Position numbers and translations under genes: made by a program
Source: Octopus sinensis
Taxonomy: Eukaryota
Assembly (NCBI RefSeq): GCF_006345805.1
Contig: NC_042997.1
Location: 176,700,001 to 176,764,000 of the forward strand
Length of the DNA stretch: 64,000 nt
Direction of reading: 5' to 3'
Shown here: positions 1 through 12,016 of the stretch, piece by piece
Position numbering within the stretch: position 1 is the stretch's first letter
Layout of the letters: the number at the start of each line of letters is the position of its first letter
Notes under the pieces: generated by a model
Told to the model about the DNA's origin: nothing
Database searches by the model: none
Seen by the model: the letters and a program-made list of their open reading frames with translations, nothing else

Positions 1-3
1 TCT

Positions 4-44
<41 letters not shown>

Positions 45-370
45 TATGATGGGCCTCTTTCAGTTTCTGTCTACAAAATCCACTCATAAGGCTTTGCTTG
101 GCCTGAGGCTATAGTAGAAGACACATGCCCAAGGTGCCACACAGTGGGACTAAACCCAGAACCCTGAGGTTGGGAAGCAAGCTTTTTACCACACAGCCGC
201 TCCTATATATATATATATATATATATATTAATAATAAAAGGGTAAAATTCATCAATCAAATGAATGAATTAATTAATCAATCAATTAATTAATAATTTCA
301 CCAAGTAGATTAGTACATTAAAATAACCTTTTTAGGTAAAATTATACAAATATTTTATAATTATAAACAT

Positions 371-512
371 AATTATAATTAGGGGTTCAGCTAATTGCTT
401 CACCACATACCGAATTTAGAAATAGGAGTTAAAAGTAGTAGAAAAGGAATTTTAACTCCTATTTCTAAATTCGGTATGTAGTGAAGCAATTAGCTGAAGC
501 CTAATTATAATT
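371..512. repeat. ~62-bp-arm inverted repeat ending in (TA)n
   Basis: AATTATAATTAGG..AGAAATAGGAGTTAAAA / TTTTAACTCCTATTTCT..CCTAATTATAATT. Confidence 0.85.
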
Positions 513-573
513 ATATATATATGTGTGTGTGTGTATCATCAATATTATACTGTTGAGTCTGGTTTTTGTTTAC

Positions 574-712
574 CTCTTGATCAATAACTCCACCTGCTGA
601 TGAATAAGAATCCTTTTTCTGTTCAAAAAGTACAAATTGTTTGGCAGCTTCTTGCTGTATTCCTTGTTTGTATAAAAAGATGGCATAATTCAAGCAAATG
701 GTGAGTTCATCT
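574..712 (-). CDS. BBS4: BBS4 exon 12 (DELTICLNYAIFLYKQG...IDQE); gene continues beyond window start
   Basis: Matches LNYAVLLYNQG; polypyrimidine tract + CCAG acceptor, GTAAAC donor; 139 nt. Confidence 0.92.
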
Positions 713-1139
713 CTGGAAGAGGAAAAAAGAGGAAAGGAATATAAATTTTTGTTGAATGTAATAATTATAGACATGCATCCTTAGGCTTACACATACATGT
801 ATGCACACTCTTATGCACATGTGTATACATATACTCATTAATGCACAAACAAATGCTCTAACTGATACATACATATATACATGTCTGTGCCAATGACATG
901 TAAAAGACACCCAGTATACACTGCGGAGTGGCCTGTGCTAGGAAGGACATCCAGCAGCAGAGTATATATACTCTTTTACTCTTTTACTGGTTTCAGTCAT
1001 TTGACTGTGGCCATGCTGGAGCACCGCCTTTAGTCAAGCAAATCGACCCCAGGACTTATTCTTTGTAAGCCTAGTACTTATTCTATCGGTCTCTTTTGCC
1101 GAACCGCTAAGTTACGGGGATGTAAACACACCAGCATAT

Positions 1140-1531
1140 ATGTATATTAAGCAAAAGGAGGCAGTCAGAATTTTGGATAATTCCTTATTAGCGCTTTCCT
1201 TCATTTAACCAAACTCTTCAAAATAAAAGCAAGATAATAAAACAGAAAGTTTCTTTGTCTTTTATATGAATCGAAGAGCAGATGATGTTTTATTTTGTTT
1301 AGAAGAGGAGAAATTTTGTTTTTGGAGAAGGGGAGAAAAAAAAAAAAAAAAACAAACAAAATTTCTCCTTCTAAGCAAAACAAAACAACACCCACTCTTT
1401 AATTCACATAAAAAGTGAAGTAACTTTCTGTTTTATTATCTTGATTTTATTTTGAAAAGTTTGGTTAAATGAACGAAAGTGTTAATAAAGAATTATCCGA
1501 AATTCTGAATGCCTCCTTTTTCAAAATATAC
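1140..1531. repeat. Diverged ~110-bp-arm inverted repeat
   Basis: 1140-1251 versus 1422-1531. Confidence 0.8.
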
Positions 1532-4500
1532 AATATCTGTACATTACTTCAAACAGTCTATACACACACACACACACACACACACACATTTTCTCACCTG
1601 ACTAAGCCATAATCTCACCTCTTAATATGTTTTAAACATGAGCAGTGTGATGTTGGTTGTAAACACTATAATAAATTCATAGCTGAAAGATACTAGGGCT
1701 ATTTTGCTGCAGACTGGAGCCTGGCAGCTCTCTGGCTTACCAATTCCAGTCAAATCATCTAACCCATGTCAGCAAGGAAAATGGATGCTAAATGGTGATG
1801 ATGATGATGATGATGATGTCAGACAAGTAGGCAGTGGGAACAAAATTATTTTTGAGGCTTCCAGCTTAATTAACTGGTAAGATAAACGATAGGAAATTTT
1901 CTGCCTCTTCACACCTGCACTTGGGGAGCAAGGGAGGGGACTTCCTCCTTGCTCCCCATCTGATTGTAGATTCAACACAACAATAGCATAATCTTTCACT
2001 ACAGTCACCATGTGCCATTTCATTTGTGTGTACCTTCCTGTACATGTATGCTGGTGTGAAAATGTGTGTGTTATGAATATCTATATGTGTATTTGTATTT
2101 ATGCATGAGCTTGCATCTGTTTCTTAAGTGCATGTGTGTCAGCTTTATCAGCAGATGTGTTTTCTTACACTATTAATTTGATAATTCAATTTCATGGGTG
2201 ATCTAGTGACACAGTATCTCAAATTATACCTAAAATATTCATTGAAAGGTCAATAGAAATGTGAGATAATGAATTTAAACATGAGTTATAAGCTTTGTAC
2301 CCAATGCCCAAAATTTGAAAGCATAACCCCCTCCAATCCTCACAGAAAATGCTGCAATATAAATATCCAAACTTTTATTTTGATTTTATCAGATTCACAC
2401 CTGCTGGTTGGATGAATTAATGAATAAATTACAATATCTGGTGTGCTACAATTGCCTACATTTAAGACAAGAACCATTTTAAGGCAAATAGAAGATAAGA
2501 GAAGGCATGATAGAATGGTTAAAAAGTTTGTTTTACAACCACATGGCTTTAGGTTCTGTTTCTTATTTCTTTATTGCCCACAAGGGGCTAAACATAGAGG
2601 AGACAAACAAGGACAGACAAAGAGATTAAGTCAATTACATCGACCCCAGTGCATAACTGGTACTTAATTTATCGACCCTGAAAGGATGAAAGGCAAAGAC
2701 GACCTCGGCGGAATTTTAACTCAGAACGTAACGGCAGACGAAAAACCGCTAAGCATTTTGCCTGGCATGCTAACGTTTCTGCCGGCTCGCCTGCTATGCA
2801 GGACCTTCAGCAAGGTAAGAGTCTTCTTTGTTTAGCGCATCCTTTTGGGCGATGCCTAAAATATGCTATATGGTTAATTCGTTAGCAATGAATAGCTACA
2901 ATGACACAGAGAGTTCACGATGACTTCAACAAAAGATTTATTGTAACACAGTGAAAATGTACACATACAAATGGAAGTTCAATTCAAACGAATTCATACA
3001 AGTGGAAACTCAATCCAAGCAATTGTGTACATTTTAAGAACAGTTAATGGTCAAGTTGTAAACAGTAACCCTAAGAACAATTGAATACCAGTTGCAATTC
3101 ACTTAAGAATTTGTTGAGTGCATGTTGCCAGACTTCAGGTCCACATGACAAACTAACACTAGAATAAGTCAAAGGAAAGGGTCAAACTCCAGTGTTTGAC
3201 CTGAGCCAAAAAAAAAAAAAATAGCGCAATAAGTGTAAAACATTTAGTGAACGAATATGAAAAAAAAAATGCATGCTGGTGAATGGAGGGCGGGGAAGAG
3301 GACTCGGAAAAGTCACACGATCCGAAAAATCCACGATAACAGAGTCCTCTCCCCCACTCCCCATTCGCTAATATGCATTTTTTCATATTCATTTACTACA
3401 TGTTGTTTTACACCTGTTGCACTTGAACCTCTCACTGCTTGACAACAGGTATTAGTTTGTCTTTTATCTTTTACCTGTTTTAGTCACTAGACTGTGGCCA
3501 TGCTGGGGCACTGCCTTGAATCTTTAGTCAAAGGAATTGAACCCCCCCCCCAGTACTTCTTTTTTAAAACCCAGTACTTATTCTATTGGTCTCCTCTGCC
3601 AAACCACTAAGTTACAGGGATGCAAACACACCAACACTGCTTGCCAAGTAGTGGTGGTGAGACAAACACATACACAAAAACACACACACACACACACATA
3701 CACAATGGGTTTCTTTCAGTTTCTGTTTACCAAATCCACTCAAAAGGCTTTGGTTGGCCTGAGGCAATAGTTGAAGACACTTGCCCAAGGTGCTATGCAG
3801 TGGGACTGAACCCGGAACCATGTGGTTGGGAAGCAAGCTGCTTACCACACAGTCATGCTGTGACTTAGTGGTCCAACAAAAGTAACCAATAGAATAAGTA
3901 CCAAACTTGAAAATAGAATAAGTACCGGCCTTGAAAGTCCTGGGGTCGATTTGTTTGGTTAAAACCCTTCAAGGTAGTGCCAAGCATAGCCACAGTCCAA
4001 TGACTGAAATAAGTGTAAGATAAAATATTGATTTCGAATTTTGGCACAAGGCCTGCAATTTCGAGGGAGGGGTAAGTTGATTACATCAACCTCAGTGCTC
4101 AACTGGTACTTATTTTATTGACCTCAAAAGATTGAAAGGCAAAGTTGACCTTGTGGAATTTTAACTCAGGACGTAAAGACAGACGAAATGCTGCTAAGCA
4201 TTTTGACCAGTGTGCTAATGGTTCTGCTAGCTCGCTGCCTTAAGTAAAAGATTAAATAATAAAAGGATGTTTTGTAGTTTTCATCTTCTGCTTGTAACTA
4301 ACAAACCACTAAAAAAACAAAACAAAAACAACAAAAATAACAAAAAATGTTTGTAGCATTAAAAGAAGTTTAAAAAAAAAACCTAAAGCAAAATACAAAG
4401 TTAACAAAAAGCATCATGAAATAACTGATGTTTCAAACATCAGGAGTCAAGATACCCAAAAGGCTGTAGAATTGCAAAGTAGAAAACCTAATAAAATCAA

Positions 4501-5544
4501 AGCAGCATGGGGGAAAATGGACATAAAAAGCTAAAGTAAAATAAAGTAAAAATGATAATAATAGACAACAACAACAACAACAACAACAATAACAAGCAGC
4601 ATCATTGACACTGCCACCACAACCACAGATAATTAACTTAGCTATGATTGGTGGTGGGGGGGATGCGCAGTGTTTTGTGGTGTGTAGTAATTTCTTTACA
4701 TCGAATTTTCAGTGTGACAAAATCAGAAGGGAATCAGATTCTGACTTAATCTGTAAAGGGTTGTTTGGGTATATACTCTCTTTACTCTTTTACTTGTTTC
4801 AGTCATTTGACTGCGGCCATGCTGGAGCACCGCCTTTTAGTCTAGCAAATCGACCCCAGAACTTATTCTTTGTAAGCCTAGTACTTATTCTATCGGTCCC
4901 TTTTTGCTGAACCGCTAAGTTGCGGGGACGTAAACACACCAGCATCGGTTGTCAAGCGATGTTGGGGGGGGGGGACAAACACAGACACACAAACATACAC
5001 ACACATAAACATATATATATATATATATATACATATATGTTTATTGAAATGGATAAATGAATTATCTTGTTACGGATTATTCAAATTATAACCGATACCT
5101 GGGTAGCAAAAATCACAACAGAAAAATCACGGTTGAGGTTACGACCTCCATTTCTTCCCTCACTAAATATATATACATATATATATATGATGGGTTTCTT
5201 TCAGTTTCTGTCTACCAAATCCACTCACAAGGATTTGGTTGGCCCGAGGCTATAGTAGAAGTGCCATGCAGTGGGACTGAACCCAGAACCATGTGGTTCA
5301 TAAGCAAGCTACTTATCACACATCCACTCCTACGCCTAGTAGTATAAATATACCCAAGAGTTTATATATGTATATATAAATCCAAAAATCAGAATAAGAA
5401 CATAACGGATGACAATAAAAACATACGGAGAAATAGACGATATGAAAACGGACAGGAAAAACCAGGACGGAACATTCATGACAAATCAAATGTTAGTTAC
5501 GATTCTGAACTCATAAAAATATATACAATAATGAAGTTACTTAC

Positions 5545-5614
5545 GGATCAAGCATAATGGCATGTTGATATGCTTTCTGTGCATTGTCAGCGTCATCAAG
5601 ATATGTTAAACAAA
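5545..5614 (-). CDS. BBS4: BBS4 exon 11 (ICLTYLDDADNAQKAYQHAIMLDP)
   Basis: Matches VALTNLEDIENAKRAY..A..LD; CTAG/GTAAGT; 70 nt; phases consistent. Confidence 0.92.
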
Positions 5615-5689
5615 CTAGCAAGAGAAGAAGCAGTGAGTTACGATGTGTCTTTTCAATTAATTAAGAACATTATGTATAAACGGTTTGCA

Positions 5690-6086
5690 AATATCAATGC
5701 TTGAGGAGACCTATTGAGTCAAGTACATCAACATCAAAAATCAATGGAAATTTTATTTGTGATAGCTGTACCAGTGGCACGTAAAAAGTACCATCCGAAC
5801 GGGGCCAATGCCAGTGCCGCCTTGACTGGCTTCCATGCCGGTGGCACATAAAAGGCACCAACCGATCGTGGCCATTGCCAGCCTCGCCGCTCACCTGTAC
5901 CGGTGGCATGTAAAAAGCACCCACTACACTCACGGAGTGGTTGGCGTTAGGAAAGCCATCCAGCTGTAGAAACACTGCCAGATCAGACTGGAGCCTGGTG
6001 CAGCCTTCTGGCTTCCCAGACCCCGGTCGAACTGTCCAACCCAAGCTAGCATGGAAAACGGATGTTAAACGATGATGATGATGATG
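5690..6086 (+). mobile_element. Non-autonomous retroelement ending CATGGAAAACGGA.GTTAAAC(GAT)n (also ~8340-8670 -, 12090-12365 +, 21125-21380 +, 24285-24600 -, 28090-28540 -)
   Basis: Repeated GGTGGCACGTAAAAGCACC subunits, GGAAGGGCATCCAGCTGTAGAAAC core and (GAT)n tail in several copies. Confidence 0.8.
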
Positions 6087-6667
6087 AATGGTATTGATTG
6101 GTTGATTAATTGTTTCTATATTTTAAAGTGGAATAATTTGGGCTGTTTATTTTTTTCATCACTTGAATGATAATTAATATCGGTTTCAAATTTTGGCACA
6201 AGGCCAGCAATTTTAGGGGGAGGGGTAGATGTTTACATTGATCCCAGTACTTGACTGGTATTTTATTTTATCAACCTCTAAAAGGATGAAAAGCAAAATT
6301 GCCCTTGGAACCATTTGAGCTGGGAACATAAAGAGCTAGAAGAAATGCTGCTAATGAATCTGTCATCTCACCACCTTCACTCTCTGAATAATAATAATAA
6401 TATTGGTTTCAAATTTTGGGTACAAGGCCAGCAATTTTGGGGGATGGGGGTAAGTCAATTACATCAACCTCAGTGTTTGACTGGAGTCATTCTTATCAAC
6501 CATGAAAGGAAGAAAGGCAAAGTCGACCTTGGAATTTGAACTCAGAACATAATATAATGAATGAAAAGCCACAAAACATTTTGTCAGGCATGCTAACAAT
6601 TCTGCCAGCTCACCACCTTAATAATAATAATAATAATGATAATGATGATGATGATGATGATGATGAC

Positions 6668-6698
<31 letters not shown>

Positions 6699-7067
6699 TT
6701 GGCTTCAAATTTTTGCACAAAGTCTTCAATTCCAGAGGAGAGGGTAAGTCAACTACATTGACCCCTAATGCTCAACTGATATATATTTTTATTAACTCCA
6801 GAAAGATGAAAGACAAAAGTCATCCTTGATGGAACTTTTCGTCTGTCTTTATGTTCTGAGTTCAAATTCCACCGCGGTCGACTTTATCTTCCATCCTTTC
6901 GGAGTCGATTGAAAAAGTAGCAGTAGAACATTGGAGTCAAAGCAGTCGACAAGTCCCCTTCCCTGAAATTTCAGGCCTTGTGCCTACTGAAGAATTATGC
7001 GACAAACAAAATGCCATTAAAGCATTTTGTCTGGTATGCTAAGGGTTCTGCCAGCCTGCTACCTTTG

Positions 7068-7894
7068 AATAATGGCATTACTCTTTTACTTGTTTCAGTC
7101 ATTTGACTGTGGCCATGCTGGAGCACTGCCTTTAGTCAAGCAAATCAACCTCAGGACTTATTCTTTGGAAGCCTAGTATTTATTCTATCGGTCTCTTTTG
7201 CCGAACTGTGAAGTTACGGGGATGTAAACACACCACCATCGGTTGTCAAGCGAGGTTGGGGGGGGGGGGACAAACACAGACACACAAACATATACACACA
7301 CACATACATACATATATATACATATATACAACAGGCTTCTTTCAGTTTCCGTCTACCAAATCCACTCACAAGGCTTTGATCAGCAGCGAGGCTATAGTAG
7401 AAGACACTTGCCCCTGGTGCCATGTAGTGGGAATGAACGCGGAACCATGTGGTTGGTAAGCAAGCTACTTACCACACAGCCACTCCTGTGCCATTGGTAA
7501 GCAAGCTACTTACCAACCACATGGTTCCGGGTTCATTCCCACTACATGGCACCAGGGGCAAGTGTCTTCTACTATAGCCTCGCTGCTGATCAAAGCCTTG
7601 TGAGTGGATTTGGTAGACGGAAACTGAAAGAAGCCTGTTGTATATATGTATATATATGTATGTGTGTGTGTATATGTTTGTGTGTCTGTGTTTGTCGCCC
7701 CCCCAACCTCGCTTGACAACCGATGGTGGTGTGTTTACATCCCCGTAACTTCACAGTTCGGCAAAAGAGACCGATAGAATAAATACTAGGCTTCCAAAGA
7801 ATAAGTCCTGGGGTCGATTTGCTCGACTAAAGGCAGTGCTCCAGCATGGCCACAGTCAAATGACTGAAACAAGTAAAAGAGTAATGCCATTATT
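7068..7894. repeat. ~390-bp-arm inverted duplication (fold-back) of a SINE A copy plus 10-bp flank
   Basis: Arms 7068-7460 / 7509-7894 share private variants (TGATCAGCAGCGAGG, CCCTGGTGCCATGTAGTGGGAATG). Confidence 0.9.
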
Positions 7895-10177
7895 ACTTAC
7901 CCAGCAAGTAAGATCTGAAATATTCATGAAATAAACCTTCTGCCTATTATCAGGAATTGTGCATATCTCTGATGCAATCTATCAACATACTTTCCTTTAA
8001 AATAGACTGATTTAATTTTTGTTGCCAAGGGTGGTATTGTTAGGATATGAATTGCTGGGCCTCCATCCAGGTAGTAATGTTATTAAGCTGTAACCAACAT
8101 TAATGACTTAATGTTTTAGCGATATTGTAATCAATTACAATAGCCAAACCAAATAAGAAGTTTCTCTGCATAAATGTTTCCACCATGGCACTGGGCATAA
8201 AAGTTTTGGGCCAGGGGTTAGTTGATTGAATCAACCTTGAAAATATGAAAGGCAAAGTTGAATTCAGCAGGATTTGAACTCAGTATGTAAAATACTACTA
8301 CAAGGAATTTGATCAACTTTATTGTACTGACCTGGAAAGTCCATCATTGTTTAACGTCCGTTTTCCGTGCTAGCACAGGTTGGACGGTTCGACCGGGGTC
8401 TGGGAAGCCAGGAGGGTGCACCAGGCTCCAGTTTGATCTGGCAATGTTTCTACAGCTGGTTGCCCTTCCTAACGCCAACCACTCCATAAGTGTAGTGGGT
8501 GCTTTTTACATGCCACCGGCACAAATGCCAGGGGAGGCTGGCAGCGGCCACGATTGGTTGGTGCTTTTTACGTGCCATCGGCACAGAAGCCAGTCAAGGT
8601 GGTGCTGGCATCGGCCATGTTCGGATGGTGCATTTTACATGCCACCGGCACAGGTATCACAACTACAATTTAGGTATCACAATTGACTGTGTCAGGGTTT
8701 GAACTCAGAATGTGCCAAAATTGGTTTCAAATTTTGGCACAAGGACAGCAAGTTCAGGTGAAAGGCAAAGTTAACCTTGGCAGAATTTGAACTCAGAATA
8801 TAAAGATGGACGGAATGTCACTAAGCATTTTGTCCAGCATGCTAATGATTCTGCTAGTTTGTTGCCTTAAGGCTTGAATAAATATCAGTTTCAAATTTTG
8901 GCACAGAGCCAGAAATGTTTAGGGGTGGGGAAATTCAATCACATTGACCCCAGTGTTCAACTGGTACTTATTTTATTGACCCCAAAAGGATGACAGGCAA
9001 AGTCAACCTTGCAGAATTTGAACTCAGAATGTAACAACAAATGAAATACAACTGAGCACACTAAAGATTCTGCCAGCTCACAGCCTTAAGGCTTGAATAA
9101 ATAATACTACAAGGAATTTTATCAACTTTATAGTACTGACCTGGAAGGTATGAAAGGCAAAGTTGACTTTGGCAGGATTTGAAATTAGACTATAAAAAAA
9201 CTCTAATCAATACCAGTTCACTATTCTCATAACTGTTTCTACTTCAGGTACAAGTCTAAGAAATTTGAGTGGAGGAGTGGTTATTTGATTACATTAATCC
9301 CAGTAATTTTATTTCATTTACCTTGAAAGGACAAAAGACAAAGTTGACCTAGATTAAGCGATATAATTAATTTTAATAACCACATCAAATAAAAAATATC
9401 TTCTTATAATGAAAACAATTAAAAGAAAAAATTCATGAAGGTTGTGAAGTTCTCAAGTAGTACAAAAATTATAGTTTCCATATTGAAAGTTGTCAACAGC
9501 ATAAGAGCACTTAAAAATACATTAACAGAAGATTGTTTTCTTTATTGTACCAAGACTCTTTAAGAAAGAAAAAAACAAATTGGCTGTTGGATCTACAATG
9601 GATATTTAATTTAACTAAACTTTTCTTGAAGAGAGCAGACAGTCGGGTATATAAGAATTTTACTTTTTAATGCTTGAATAACTGGGTAGCTATTTATGTT
9701 TTATTTTAGGTCAACTTAAAATAAACAAAAACAGTAATAACCCCAAATCTTTGATTATAGGTCAGCTCAATTAGAGTTAATTCAAGGCTGGGCTGCAGTA
9801 ACAACAGCACAACCCTCCCCCATTTAAGACTGAATTCCTAAGTTGTCACAGGTTAGATGTTGCTGTTGTCGTAGTATAGGACAAGGTCAACCCTAATTAA
9901 GCAGACCCATTGAATGTCCAAAAATCCATAGCTATGGATATGCTATACTTTGTAGTGTAAGATGAAGTATGAGGGAGATTTGGCTGTTGTTTCTCACAGA
10001 CTGTGCAATTATGTACAGGCTGTTTCCTTGCAGTGTGGTTGGCTAGATGTATAGAAGTTTGAAAGGTTGGATAATTTTTCCTAATAACAGTAATTAGAAT
10101 CTATTTTCTACAGCAGTGTTGCAGGAGATAAATAATGTGGCCACACAAAATATTTAGTAAACTAGTACCGTTTGTGT

Positions 10178-10490
10178 GGAGGCGCAATGACCCAGTGGTT
10201 AGGGCAGTGGACTAGCGGTCGGAAGATCGCGGTTTCGATTCCCAGACCGGGCGTTGTGTGTGTTTATTGAGCAAAAACACCTAAAGCTCCACGAGAGTCC
10301 AGCAGGGGGTGGTGGCGACCCCTGTTGTACTCTTTCGCCCCAACCATCTCTCACTCTTTCTTCCTGTTTCTTGAGTAATGCTGCAATGGACTGGCGTCCC
10401 GTCCAGCTGGTGGGAACACATACACCACAGAAACCAGGAAACCGGGCCCATGAGCTTGGCTAGGCTTGAAAAGGGCGCATAAATAATAAA
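10178..10490 (+). mobile_element. tRNA-derived SINE family C (also ~11370-11662 -, 31750-32000 -, 44225-44550 -)
   Basis: GGAGGCGCAATGACCCAGTGGTTAGGGCAG..GACT.GCGGTC..GGTTTCGATTCC tRNA-like head. Confidence 0.8.
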
Positions 10491-11844
10491 AAGTACCATT
10501 TGTACATCTAGGAAATGTCTGTATGCACAGAGCCATGAGTTTTTGACAACTACACTCCCTAATTAATCTTTTGCTTGTTTCAGTCATTGGAGAGTGGCCA
10601 AGTTGGGGTACCACCTGGAAATGTTTAGCCAAACAAATCAATACTAGCGTTTATCTTTTTTAAAATTTTTATCTCTTTTGCTGAACTGCTAAGTTATGGG
10701 AACAGAAACAAACCAACACTGGTTCTCTAGTGAAGGTCATGGTGGGGGACAAACACACAATCACACACACACACACACAGAGTAAGAAATCACTTAGTAT
10801 AAATGACTATGAAGAAGGAGAAATTAAGATGAAAGGAATGAATTTATTTTGAACTTGAAAGAGCTCAGGTCATAAGAAGGAGGAAAACAATGAGATGGAA
10901 GAGAATTTCAAAGATATGGTCAGTTTAAATGCTAAAGGGTAAAATTATGCAAATCGCTTAGACCATAAATGTGTTCTATTATTATGTATAAGTTTAAGTT
11001 TCTTGGCTGATGGAGATAAGGTTGGACAAGTGTTGTGCTGATGATGTCTGTTGGGGCAGAAACACATGTCTACAACTGTCCCCTTATTTCAAATTCCTTA
11101 GTGATATAGCAACTTTGGAAAATTCTAGATTCTTGAGATTATCTCTCTTTCTCATATGAAACAAGTCTTAACTGCAATTTGGTAATTATGACACATCTTC
11201 TAGAAGCAGAGATAATTTTAATAAATCAAGAATTTATGTTGTATGGCATTTGATATATCTGGACTTGACTCTGTTGTTTATATCCATGCCACTGGCCATT
11301 CTGAGCTATTTCTCTTGGTGCATTTTGTTTAAGACACATAACTCTGCTTGCTTTATTTAACTAACAACAGTTTGTTCCTTCTTGAGCCATGCCTGGCCCA
11401 TAAGGGCCGGTTTCCTTGGTGTATATGTTCCCCACTTGGATGGGACGCCGGTCCGTCGCAGGTGAGCTGCAAGGTGCAGGAGGAAAGAGTGAGAGAAAGT
11501 TGTGGCGAAAGAGTCAGCAGAAGTTCACCATTACCTTCTGCCAGAGCTGCATGGAGCTTAGGTGTTTCGCTCATAAACACACACATCGCCCGGTCTGAGA
11601 TTCGAACCCGTGATCCCTCGACCGCGAGTCCACTGCTCTAACCACTAGGCCATGTGCCTCCACAACTAACAGCAGGATCTTGTCTCATTAAGTATTTAAT
11701 TAGTTAGCAGTAGTAAAGAGTAGTTAGCTGTTGGAACAACTGCGAGAAAAATATCATTATTATCCACCTTAGCCAGATTAAAAATGAATTTTAAACAGTT
11801 GCTAAAAGAAGTAATTGTGAAGGAAATGAAGGAAATTCACTTAC

Positions 11845-12016
11845 TAGCTAACATCATAAATGCTTCAGGATCTTTTGGTTTGTACTTCAGCATAGTACTA
11901 AGAAAGTGGAATGCAGATGCATATTGTTGCATGTGGAGATGAACTAATCCCAGATTGTACAACACCTTTGTGTCAAATGGAGAAAGATAATTGGCTCTTT
12001 TTAAACAGCAAATTGC
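11845..12016 (-). CDS. BBS4: BBS4 exon 10 ([15 protein letters not shown]...[22 protein letters not shown]...FMMLA)
   Basis: Manual translation matches [15 protein letters not shown]...[12 protein letters not shown]; ACAG/GTAAGT; 172 nt. Confidence 0.97.

Noticed and set aside
2822-3375. Possible DNA transposon with TTAGCG termini and short internal repeats
   Set aside because: TIR only ~6 bp and no TSD visible.
6175-9360. Regularly recurring repeats as a CRISPR-like array
   Set aside because: Eukaryotic DNA; units are ~200-nt degenerate SINEs with no unique spacers and no cas genes.
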